Sequence record: KM389298.1
Strand: one strand, 5' to 3'
Source of the DNA: Escherichia phage CBA6
Length of the DNA stretch: 10,064 nucleotides
The translations under genes and the position numbers were made by a program. The notes under the pieces were generated by a model, which saw only the letters and a program-made list of their open reading frames with translations, was not told where the DNA came from and ran no database searches. Of the stretch, positions 1-6,946 are shown in pieces (position 1 is the stretch's first letter; the number at the start of each line of letters is the position of its first letter).

Positions 1-1495
1 GAACTTTGATCAGTATTTGGAATCGGCTGTAATCACCTTTGAAGTCATATCCTTCTTCCATGGCCGGACTGGCAATAACACAAGGTGTTTTTGTCCTGAA
101 GGCATTTTCCATAATATCCATCAACGCCTTTCGAGTGCGTGGCACATGGATAAAGTTCTGGTATTTGCTGAATTTTTGTATTGCTAATGCGCGATCATAG
201 CTCACTGTATGTATGATGCCAGATTGCCCTGGATGGAATGCGATTATTTCATCAATGTATTCCGTCAGCCTTTTCATTTCATAATCGCCCATGTTGTTGG
301 TCATCTTAACGATGGGCATATAGTTGACTTTCCGATTTTCAATTGGGATTGGATTTCCAATCTGTATTGAATGATAATCCCCCTGGCGGATACCCAAGGA
401 ACGGGCATATGAATCGATTCCGCAGATTGTTGCCGACATATGAACATGGTAATCGGCTTTCCTGAACAATCCAAATTCACTTACATCAGAAGGCATGACG
501 GGTTTAAACCGAATAAAGTCATCTCCCTTTTCCTGTACGATAAAGGTGCTGGCCTTTGTCTGAGACATAATACCACAATAATCACTCAGATTGTGTAGTA
601 CATCGATAATGTCGGCGAGTTTCATCACCTGGCTTTCACTCAGGCGGTCATCTTCAACCAATTCTTCAAGAACTTCCAACAAAGACTCCACTTTAAGATG
701 GAGGTCTTCAAACATCGAATGCATTTCACCGGACAAGGAATACAACTTGCCCAAGACATAGTCCTTGGTGCGTTCTACGATATCGGCAATGATAGAGACT
801 ATCTCCTTCCCTTCGGGGATAGTTCGCAGCCCATCCACAGCCTTTGTATTGTATTCCATTATCGTGTGCTCTAGGAGCGTAGAGGGCATCTTATGACACT
901 CGTCTAAGATCAGCATATCGGAACGGTTTTCAGGCTTCATACAGATGGTGGTGCACATCTCAATCATCATAGCTGCATTAGTGCAACGCAATGACGAAAT
1001 ATCAGTCCATAAATTGCGCGCCTGTACATAAGGACAACGGCGTTTGCTACAATGCCCGTCGCGGCATGCTATACGGCATTGCACGGCGTTGTAATACACA
1101 TCTGGGTGTACGTGGCAACGATAGTTCTTCTTGCCTTTCAGGATGTCTATCGCCACCGCCTTTTCAGCAGCATACTGATCTTGTAGACCTTTGGTGGGCG
1201 TACTGATAGACGTGCGGAATTGCCCATAAGGATCGGCCTGTAAAACCAAATGGCGAATCACTTTATGAATTGTTGTCCCGATCAAAGATTTCCCCACGCC
1301 AGTTGGGGCTTCAATGATCACGTGTTTGACCTTTTTGTTGACCAAGGCATCAACGGCTTCGACGATACATTCCATCTGGCCTTGGTTCGCCTTGTCATAT
1401 GGAAATTCGTTTTTGGCAAGGCTTTGTATTTCTTCTATAGGAACCTTACGGCCTATGGCGTCAATCGCCTTTCGGTATTGATTAAATGCTGTCAC
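1..1495 (-). CDS. XPD/DinG/Rad3-family (Fe-S) superfamily-2 DNA helicase, N-terminal portion; 3' end lies beyond the left edge of the window
   Basis: Manual minus-strand translation is open from 1495 to position 1. It contains Walker A 'EAPTGVGKS', a four-Cys cluster (CHVHPDVYYNAVQCRIACRDGHCSKRRCPY) between Walker A and a 'LDECH' DEAH-type box, the arrangement characteristic of XPD/DinG helicases. Start assigned to GTG at 1495..1493, preceded by SD AAAGGAGGAA with about 6-nt spacing; an in-frame stop lies just upstream at 1559..1561. Confidence 0.7.
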   Translation of the reverse strand, partial: MTAFNQYRKAIDAIGRKVPIEEIQSLAKNEFPYDKANQGQMECIVEAVDALVNKKVKHVIIEAPTGVGKSLIGTTIHKVIRHLVLQADPYGQFRTSISTPTKGLQDQYAAEKAVAIDILKGKKNYRCHVHPDVYYNAVQCRIACRDGHCSKRRCPYVQARNLWTDISSLRCTNAAMMIEMCTTICMKPENRSDMLILDECHKMPSTLLEHTIMEYNTKAVDGLRTIPEGKEIVSIIADIVERTKDYVLGKLYSLSGEMHSMFEDLHLKVESLLEVLEELVEDDRLSESQVMKLADIIDVLHNLSDYCGIMSQTKASTFIVQEKGDDFIRFKPVMPSDVSEFGLFRKADYHVHMSATICGIDSYARSLGIRQGDYHSIQIGNPIPIENRKVNYMPIVKMTNNMGDYEMKRLTEYIDEIIAFHPGQSGIIHTVSYDRALAIQKFSKYQNFIHVPRTRKALMDIMENAFRTKTPCVIASPAMEEGYDFKGDYSRFQILIKV

Positions 1496-1546
1496 GTTGT
1501 TCCTCCTTTGGGTTCTGTTATAGTTTACCCGAATTCCAACAACGAA

Positions 1547-1572
1547 AAAGCCGAGGCATTAACCTCGGCTTT
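1547..1572 (-). terminator. Rho-independent terminator hairpin, likely bidirectional, downstream of the HU gene
   Basis: Seen in sequence: AAAGCCGAGG-cattaa-CCTCGGCTTT, a 10-bp stem flanked by T-runs on both strands. On the minus strand it is followed by TTCGTTGTT. Confidence 0.55.
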
Positions 1573-1580
1573 CTCTTTTA

Positions 1581-1601
1581 GCCTAACACGCTGTGCTAGG
1601 C
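1581..1601 (-). terminator. Second stem-loop immediately after the HU stop codon, forming a tandem pair with 1547..1572
   Basis: Seen in sequence: GCCTAACAC-gct-GTGCTAGGC. The 9-bp stem is fully paired only in the minus-strand RNA (one G-U wobble); on the plus strand the same position is an A-C mismatch. Confidence 0.35.
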
Positions 1602-1620
1602 ACGACCGCTCTGAATGTGA

Positions 1621-1899
1621 TTACTGGCCGTTGGCGGCAGCTTTCAGACCTTCGCCGACTTTGAATTTAACAACATTTTTCGCTTCGATCTGAATCGCTT
1701 GCCCGTTCAGCGGGTTGCGGCCAGTGCGCGCTTCCTGATGTTTAACTTCAAACGCGCCGAAGCCGACGAATTGGACAGATTGGCCAGCTGCGACTGCAGT
1801 TTTTACGCCGTTGATAAAGGATGCCACGATCTTCTCTGCTTCGCCTTTGGTCATACCCTGAGTCTGGGCGATGTGAGCGATAAAATCAGTACGGTTCAT
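1621..1899 (-). CDS. HU/IHF-family (DNABII) histone-like DNA-binding protein, 92 aa
   Basis: Translation MNRTDFIAHIAQTQGMTKGEAEKIVASFINGVKTAVAAGQSVQFVGFGAFEVKHQEARTGRNPLNGQAIQIEAK... carries the HU signature (GFGxF, RTGRNP arm). Start taken as the internal ATG at 1899..1897, preceded by GGAG; the 12-codon extension in the track has no SD. Confidence 0.85.
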   Translation of the reverse strand: MNRTDFIAHIAQTQGMTKGEAEKIVASFINGVKTAVAAGQSVQFVGFGAFEVKHQEARTGRNPLNGQAIQIEAKNVVKFKVGEGLKAAANGQ

Positions 1900-1982
1900 T
1901 CGGATTACTCCAGTTAGTTGTTTACAATGTTTCACTACAAGAGGACTACAGCTTACCTAACAAATATTATTGAATAAAGCGT

Positions 1983-2774
1983 TTATTTGCCGACGTTCAG
2001 CATTTTACCTGAGCCGGATCCGTCAACGATCAGAGTACATTTTCCACTATTGGCACATGATTGTAATACCATGTTATATTCATGTTGAAGATATTCAGGC
2101 GTCAGCGAAGTGGTCAGTTTCTGGTTCGCTTGGGCTTCTTGCTCGCGAATTTCAACGTTCTTTCTTGCCGTATCCAATCGTTTGTCCGCCATAACATTAT
2201 CACGGATAGACTGCTCAATAGAAGGATCCGTCAGCGCCTTTTTGACCAACACGCGTGTGATTGTGAACATGCCAGGCGCAGCAGTCTCTAATTGTTGCTG
2301 AGTGCGGTCTTTAATCATCTTCTCTAATTCAGCACGTTGGGTGTGAATTGTCATAGAATCAAGAGAAGAAACGGCGTCCATCGAAGAAGATGCTGCAGCA
2401 GTTTTAACTAGATTGAAACCCACCGCTATCGTGCCATCATCGAGTTCGGCGCTCTGGCCAGCAAATTTGGTATGGAACCACGGAACCTTTGCGACATTGG
2501 GTGTGTAATAAACATCCACATCCAAGTCTTCCAGAGTCAGGTTGTCTTTGGCCTTTGGCGTCATTTTAGTCAGACTCACAACGGCTTCTTTGGTCGTGTA
2601 AACATCCACGCTTGAAACAAAGCTGGTGTAGATCCCCGCTGTTACAGGGTTCATGTCTACTTCACCCCATTGGGTGCGAACGCCGACATTACCTTCATCG
2701 ATAACGCCACCACAACCAGAAAGTAGACTTGCAGCCAGAACCATAATTGCACCGAACACCAATTTCTTGAACAT
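1983..2774 (-). CDS. Lipoprotein with SPFH/band-7 (stomatin/prohibitin/HflKC-like) domain
   Basis: N-terminus MFKKLVFGAIMVLAASLLSGC has a signal peptide and lipobox (LSG-C). The body resembles SPFH domains (e.g. ...LEDLDVDVYYTP... and ...RVLVKKALTDPSIEQSIRDNVMADKRLDTARKNVEIREQEAQ...). ATG at 2774..2772 overlaps the upstream stop (TGATG). Confidence 0.6.
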   Translation of the reverse strand: MFKKLVFGAIMVLAASLLSGCGGVIDEGNVGVRTQWGEVDMNPVTAGIYTSFVSSVDVYTTKEAVVSLTKMTPKAKDNLTLEDLDVDVYYTPNVAKVPWFHTKFAGQSAELDDGTIAVGFNLVKTAAASSSMDAVSSLDSMTIHTQRAELEKMIKDRTQQQLETAAPGMFTITRVLVKKALTDPSIEQSIRDNVMADKRLDTARKNVEIREQEAQANQKLTTSLTPEYLQHEYNMVLQSCANSGKCTLIVDGSGSGKMLNVGK

Positions 2775-2983
2775 CAATGTACCCCTTCAAAAATGTAGAT
2801 ATATGCACCCAATGTGAGTGCGGTTATTGTAACCGAAGAAATCAGCAGCAGGAAAGTTACCCTCACCCGTTTGCGCCAACGTTTACTTCGGTAGATTTTA
2901 GTCTCTTTCAAGTATTTGAAAAAGAAAAATAAAATGAATGTTGAAATTACGAATATGAACAGGTAACGAATTAATCCGATCAT
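2774..2983 (-). CDS. Small hydrophobic membrane protein, 69 aa, about two predicted TM helices
   Basis: MIGLIRYLFIFVISTFILFFFFKYLK...VTFLLLISSVTITALTLGAYIYIF has two hydrophobic stretches separated by a basic loop. ATG at 2983..2981 lies one base after the stop of the upstream gene (TAAAATG); its stop overlaps the lipoprotein start. Confidence 0.55.
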   Translation of the reverse strand: MIGLIRYLFIFVISTFILFFFFKYLKETKIYRSKRWRKRVRVTFLLLISSVTITALTLGAYIYIFEGVH

Positions 2984-2984
2984 T

Positions 2985-3167
2985 TTACACCTGCGTTTTC
3001 CACAATCGCTTGATATTGTTGTTGAACTGGAACAAATCATAATCACCCAGAGCATTCTTCAGGCGCTGCGCTTCTTCAAATGTTGGAACCTCAACATGAA
3101 AAGCGATCCCAGGAACCTGGGGAATATGCCAAACGCGAAATTTAAGTTCAAACGGTTTATTCGACAT
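2985..3167 (-). CDS. Hypothetical protein, 60 aa
   Basis: ORF with ATG at 3167..3165 preceded by GGGAGA; overlaps the upstream gene by 11 nt and sits within the coupled gene string. No recognisable motif. Confidence 0.5.
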   Translation of the reverse strand: MSNKPFELKFRVWHIPQVPGIAFHVEVPTFEEAQRLKNALGDYDLFQFNNNIKRLWKTQV

Positions 3168-3444
3168 GGGGTTCTCCCTGAGACAGTATGGTTTTCATCT
3201 GTTCACGCGTGATAATTGTTTCAACAAGATTCTCGTCAATCATCATTTCGTTTAACAGTTCACAACCCAGCACGTGTGGTCGCGCCATATACGGCATGGC
3301 GTTGAGTTTTTCTTCTATGTCAAGAACGCGCTTGACAGTCAGACCCATAGAAGAAAAGGGAACAGGATAAAAGAATGAAATGATCTGATTATCCATCCCG
3401 TTTGAAAATCTCACTAATAATACATCACACCATACACCGGACAT
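3157..3444 (-). CDS. Hypothetical protein, 95 aa
   Basis: Start assigned to ATG 3444..3442, preceded by GGTGGAGGTG and located one base after the stop of the 223-aa gene (TAATATG). The longer 108-aa form in the track would overlap the upstream gene by 38 nt and lacks an SD. Confidence 0.55.
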   Translation of the reverse strand: MSGVWCDVLLVRFSNGMDNQIISFFYPVPFSSMGLTVKRVLDIEEKLNAMPYMARPHVLGCELLNEMMIDENLVETIITREQMKTILSQGEPHVE

Positions 3445-3445
3445 A

Positions 3446-4117
3446 TTACACCTCCACCGAGTGGGATTTAAGTAGTTCATCAATTCCTTTCTGCCCCATG
3501 TAAGAGAACGGGGTACGCTGGTAGAACGCCCACAGGACTAATTGAACGACGGCGCGGGAACGGCTTTCGGAACGCATCTCAAGTCCGCGAAAATGTGGTG
3601 ATTCGGCAGTCCATTGGATCTCTTCACCCAGGTCTTCGTTACAATCCACCGAAATGCGGAATTTATGACACAACGCGTCTACTTCTCCGTAAGCATCAGT
3701 GGAAACCCTGAGTTGTTCTGCATGCGCCCAAGAAGTCGTAACAATCCGTTCGCCCATCACTTTGTCAGAAACAAACCAATCAATCGATTGAGTGAAATCA
3801 TCGAAGTGATCAATACGATAGATAATCCCATGACCTTCCATACATTTCATGGCATGATAACGTGCGTCAATTTCATTATTGTGCATCGCGTTGAAGTCGA
3901 TGTAAACCCGCCTCGCCAACACAACGTCTTCTGGCTTCAAAGAGACCATCGTCGTGTCATTCATCGTGTAATGAAGGATGCCTGTACCACGCCCACAGTC
4001 ATGTTGGCAATACACGTATTTGTCCCCACCAACACGGGCATAAGCAATATAACAAGGTTCTGAGAATCGAAGGTTTCCTTGGTCTGCGCCAAGGATGATA
4101 GGATAAGATTTGTCCAT
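3446..4117 (-). CDS. Hypothetical protein, 223 aa, Cys/His-rich, function unknown
   Basis: Long ORF on the same strand as all neighbours, first gene after the 4140..4160 hairpin. No motif I can assign confidently. Confidence 0.7.
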   Translation of the reverse strand: MDKSYPIILGADQGNLRFSEPCYIAYARVGGDKYVYCQHDCGRGTGILHYTMNDTTMVSLKPEDVVLARRVYIDFNAMHNNEIDARYHAMKCMEGHGIIYRIDHFDDFTQSIDWFVSDKVMGERIVTTSWAHAEQLRVSTDAYGEVDALCHKFRISVDCNEDLGEEIQWTAESPHFRGLEMRSESRSRAVVQLVLWAFYQRTPFSYMGQKGIDELLKSHSVEV

Positions 4118-4130
4118 AATATATATCTCT

Positions 4131-4160
4131 CAAATAAAAGGCGGTTTAATAATAACCGCC
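4131..4160 (-). terminator. Rho-independent terminator between the 269-aa and 223-aa genes
   Basis: Minus-strand RNA: GGCGGTT-attatta-AACCGCC followed by TTTTATTTG. Strong only on the minus strand. Confidence 0.6.
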
Positions 4161-4174
4161 CGATTGTTATTGAA

Positions 4175-4984
4175 TTACTTTATATCACCAACATACATGT
4201 TCAGGGTTTCATCCCATTCTAAACGAACACGAATAGTGCCAGAATCGTTAGGGAAAGACAACTTACTAGACATATGTTTGTTGGCATACGTTCCGCTCTT
4301 GTTTACGGGATAATCGTTCCCTTCACTAATAGCAAATCGTTTAAAATTCCGGCTTACCATCATATTGATGTTCGGCCATGGTAGTTGTTCACGCAGAGTT
4401 TTACACAATATGATCTTTCCGTTGCATCGGAATGACACAAATAAATCATTTGGAGAAGAATAGCGTTGTTCTTGCGGACACAACTGTCGTATTGAAATAA
4501 ATTCGGACTCATCATTATTTTCTACCGGAGGCTTCATGGATTCTTCTCTTCTCTTTTCAACATATTGTTCGAAAGCCTTTTGACCCACAGGTGGGAGCGG
4601 ATTATTGGTGACAGGCATAACGGCTGGTTTGATTTCCGGCTTCTCCGCGGATGATGTGCGAGCGACTCGAAGTTTTTCCTGAGCCTCTAAAATCCTTTCT
4701 TGGCGGGTTTTGGGTTTAGTTTCAACCTTAGAGCTAAAATCGCAGACCGTAACCCAATCACCCTGATCATTGCGCTTGGCAACCAGAGTCAGTTTATAGA
4801 TGATGCCCTGCAGCTTACTTTCGCGCATAGTGTCTGCGAACCAGAAAGCACAACCCTGCTCGAACTTTTCAGCGAAGATGACGCGCCCGTCTTCGTGAAT
4901 CAGAATGACCTTTGCTTTGTTGGGCGCGAACACCTTATTCTTTTCAACGATCGATTCAGCGATCTTTTTAGTAATAATCATCAC
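4175..4984 (-). CDS. Hypothetical protein, about 269 aa, two regions joined by a Pro/Lys/Glu-rich linker
   Basis: Long ORF; SD AAGGAA lies 7 nt before GTG 4984..4982 (ATG at 4981 is an alternative start). The leader GAAAGGAAATACTTC resembles the leaders at 6889..6910 and 7448..7470. No recognisable catalytic motif. Confidence 0.65.
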   Translation of the reverse strand: MMIITKKIAESIVEKNKVFAPNKAKVILIHEDGRVIFAEKFEQGCAFWFADTMRESKLQGIIYKLTLVAKRNDQGDWVTVCDFSSKVETKPKTRQERILEAQEKLRVARTSSAEKPEIKPAVMPVTNNPLPPVGQKAFEQYVEKRREESMKPPVENNDESEFISIRQLCPQEQRYSSPNDLFVSFRCNGKIILCKTLREQLPWPNINMMVSRNFKRFAISEGNDYPVNKSGTYANKHMSSKLSFPNDSGTIRVRLEWDETLNMYVGDIK

Positions 4985-5031
4985 GAAGTATTTCCTTTCA
5001 GTTCAATGGAAGTTAAATTTTAACCTGAAAA

Positions 5032-5352
5032 TTATCTTTGATTTCCAACGAAATTAGTCGCTATTTCCCGACACATAGTCAGATCTTTGATCGTCTGTTT
5101 GCTATTGTCGGCAGCGGACTCCATCATTGGCAAATCTAAAGCATTCTCTATTTGATCCACGCTGTAGAGATCAAGGCGTTTCAACTCACCTTCATAATCT
5201 GATAAAAGGATGGATGTATCCTTATCGTCGGGGTGAAATTGTTGATAAGTAGACAACCAGGCCGCACATATATTCAATTTGCTGGCCGGAGTTGCCATAA
5301 CTTGGAATGATGCTAACATAGAAAAGAATAACAAGAATATTATGTTTCTCAT
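5032..5352 (-). CDS. Small exported (periplasmic/secreted) protein, 106 aa
   Basis: N-terminus MRNIIFLLFFSMLASFQVMA-TPAS is a typical Sec signal peptide with an AxA-like cleavage site. ATG 5352..5350 preceded by AAGGAG; overlaps the upstream stop as ATGA. Confidence 0.65.
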   Translation of the reverse strand: MRNIIFLLFFSMLASFQVMATPASKLNICAAWLSTYQQFHPDDKDTSILLSDYEGELKRLDLYSVDQIENALDLPMMESAADNSKQTIKDLTMCREIATNFVGNQR

Positions 5353-6038
5353 CTTTCGTTCTCCTTCATCATATTGTCGCAGTCAATCCGTGTTTGCTTG
5401 AGTTCACGCGAAAGCCTTGGGTCGTCTAGATTGACAGACAAATTAGTAGAAAGATCTTTCAATCCGTTCTGAACACGATCCTCATAGTAATAATCATTTT
5501 CTACGAGCCATGCTCTCAGCCCCAACGCACGTGTCCGCCATTCCTTTTTCAAACGTCGATCTGATTCTTGGTCGGCACTATATTCAAACACCTTGATGCA
5601 TTGGTTGCCATCATTGATCAGATCCAAATGTCGACGCCCGATTTGCACACCCTTCTGTAATGCCGGAGAGGGGAGAGAACGGCATTGCCTTACAGTCATA
5701 CGGCCTTGTGTGCCCATACGGCCAGTCATGATGAGATCGCCAGCCTCCATGCCTCCTCGGTTAAATTCATCGTCGTTCATATATCCTTTCAGGTTGAATG
5801 CGCCTTGCTTATATCGATTAAACTCGATACCAGCATTTACAACGGCATCTGTGACATTACCTGTGGCCCAGAGTTCAGAAAAGTTCTCTATGGAACCAGT
5901 TTTGTCTATAGCCACGGCTTGGGAGAACCCAGCACAGTAGGAAAGATCAGACCACAGTTTTTCACCTGTGGAATTCAGCTTGGCGGTGGCAGGAAGTGCC
6001 AGACCAGCCAGCACAACCGCGATGATTAAACGTTTCAT
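5349..6038 (-). CDS. Exported protein with cleavable signal peptide, about 229 aa
   Basis: Start assigned to ATG 6038..6036 (MKRLIIAVVLAGLALPATA-KLN), preceded by AAGGAG at 7-nt spacing. The 22-codon N-terminal extension in the track has no SD. Confidence 0.7.
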   Translation of the reverse strand: MKRLIIAVVLAGLALPATAKLNSTGEKLWSDLSYCAGFSQAVAIDKTGSIENFSELWATGNVTDAVVNAGIEFNRYKQGAFNLKGYMNDDEFNRGGMEAGDLIMTGRMGTQGRMTVRQCRSLPSPALQKGVQIGRRHLDLINDGNQCIKVFEYSADQESDRRLKKEWRTRALGLRAWLVENDYYYEDRVQNGLKDLSTNLSVNLDDPRLSRELKQTRIDCDNMMKENER

Positions 6039-6066
6039 GGTGATTCTCCTTATTTCATTGGATAAA

Positions 6067-6095
6067 ATGATAGGGCTGTCACCATGTTGAGTAAA
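6067..6095 (-). promoter_or_regulatory. Candidate sigma70-type promoter for the exported-protein gene pair
   Basis: Minus strand: -35 TTTACT (6095..6090), 17-bp spacer, -10 TATCAT (6072..6067), located in the 84-bp gap upstream of the 6038 start. Confidence 0.35.
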
Positions 6096-6122
6096 GGGTT
6101 TCAATAAACTATCGTATTCAGA

Positions 6123-6572
6123 TCAGTATCGACTATCACTGACCGTTCTGTATCGCACCCCTTGAAACTGTTTAGCGAGTTTAACAAATTCCATCGCTGG
6201 CAAATCAACTTTGTAGACCTTCATGCGCTGTTTGCCGTCCATGTTCAACGCAGCGACAAATCGGTGAGAACCGTCAACAACGTAATTGTCAGAAGACACC
6301 CAAACTCGACCCATGGGCTTCTTATTTCTGATCTGCTTCATAATCTTCCAGACCTTCATTTTATTGATTTCGTTCTGGGTAAGACGAAGCATTTTGATAG
6401 GCACTTGCGCAGCATCTATAGACACGCCGTTGTCTTCAAGATATTTGTGAAAATCTTCTTGTTTGTCTGCATCGATTTGCGGCATAGAAGAACGAGAAAG
6501 CCCGAGGTTCCCAACAGGAATCCTCAGGCCATTTATGATATTCATCCAGTCAATAAAGGATGTAAGGAACAT
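6123..6572 (-). CDS. ParB/Srx-fold (ParB-like nuclease / sulfiredoxin superfamily) domain protein, 149 aa
   Basis: Segment ...MLRLTQNEINKMKVWKIMKQIRNKKPMGRVWVSSDNYVVDGSHRFVAALNMDGKQRMKVYKV matches the ParB/Srx pattern (hydrophobic strand, then DG-x-HR-x-x-A, then hydrophobic strand). ATG 6572..6570 preceded by GAGGTG. Confidence 0.5.
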   Translation of the reverse strand: MFLTSFIDWMNIINGLRIPVGNLGLSRSSMPQIDADKQEDFHKYLEDNGVSIDAAQVPIKMLRLTQNEINKMKVWKIMKQIRNKKPMGRVWVSSDNYVVDGSHRFVAALNMDGKQRMKVYKVDLPAMEFVKLAKQFQGVRYRTVSDSRY

Positions 6573-6609
6573 GACACACCTCGGGATATAGGGTTATCCC
6601 TTAGTTAGT

Positions 6610-6888
6610 TCATTCGGACTTAAACAACAATTCGCGAACAGAAGTCCCAACGATATTCTGGGTGTTCAACAAACGAGTTAAATCATCCATGTCATATGCT
6701 GAATTGGTGATATGACGCAAGATAATCGCCAACATTCCCTCCAGCGCTCTCCGATTGTTATTCTCTTCAATGTCAAACTTAATTTCAACAAATCGAGATA
6801 GCATTCTGGATTGAGCATGAGTTTCGTTGGTTTTGCTCTGTATAATATCTTTGATTTCCGAACGAGCAATACTTCTTTGATCTGTCAT
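6610..6888 (-). CDS. Hypothetical protein, 92 aa, starting MTDQ
   Basis: ORF with ATG 6888..6886 preceded by AAGGAA. Its leader and first four codons are near-identical to those of the 6941..7447 gene. Confidence 0.6.
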   Translation of the reverse strand: MTDQRSIARSEIKDIIQSKTNETHAQSRMLSRFVEIKFDIEENNNRRALEGMLAIILRHITNSAYDMDDLTRLLNTQNIVGTSVRELLFKSE

Positions 6889-6946
6889 GATATAGTTCCT
6901 TCATTTCAAATGGGCGGGGCAAAGATACCCCGCCGTGGGTTTATAG
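6877..6946 (-). repeat. Copy A of a ~70-bp regulatory cassette: TATAAA box, GC-rich stem-loop, CATTTGAAATGAAGGAA leader, ATG ACA GAT CAA
   Basis: Aligned by eye to 7436..7505 at roughly 80% identity. Stem-loop GGCGGGG-n8-CCCCGCC at 6913..6934. Confidence 0.6.

Noticed and set aside
1250-1693. Plus-strand ORF of 147 aa
   Set aside because: Antisense to the helicase N-terminus and spans the terminator hairpins and the HU 3' end; composition is not protein-like and there is no SD.
1900-1935. N-terminal extensions in the track (HU from 1935, membrane protein from 3055, 95-aa protein from 3483, exported protein from 6104, lipoprotein from 2777)
   Set aside because: Each extension begins at a codon with no SD and would overlap the upstream gene, whereas an internal ATG with a good SD sits at a stop/start junction; the track evidently accepts non-ATG starts.
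3614-4063. Plus-strand ORF of 149 aa
   Set aside because: Lies entirely inside the well-supported minus-strand 223-aa gene; antisense shadow with no SD.
3446-4117. 223-aa protein as an HNH endonuclease or a second ADP-ribosyltransferase
   Set aside because: The Cys/His residues do not form paired CxxC plus H-N-H spacing, and no ordered R / S-T-S / E-x-E triad is present.
5593-6029. Two overlapping plus-strand ORFs of 115 and 114 aa
   Set aside because: Both are antisense to the exported-protein gene 5349..6038; Cys/Ser/Pro-rich composition typical of shadow frames.
6162-6608. Plus-strand ORF of 148 aa
   Set aside because: Antisense to the ParB/Srx-like gene, which has a clear SD and recognisable motif; the plus frame has neither.
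6678-6869. Minus-strand ORF of 63 aa nested out of frame inside 6610..6888
   Set aside because: Alternative frame of the better-supported 92-aa gene, which carries the conserved leader and SD.
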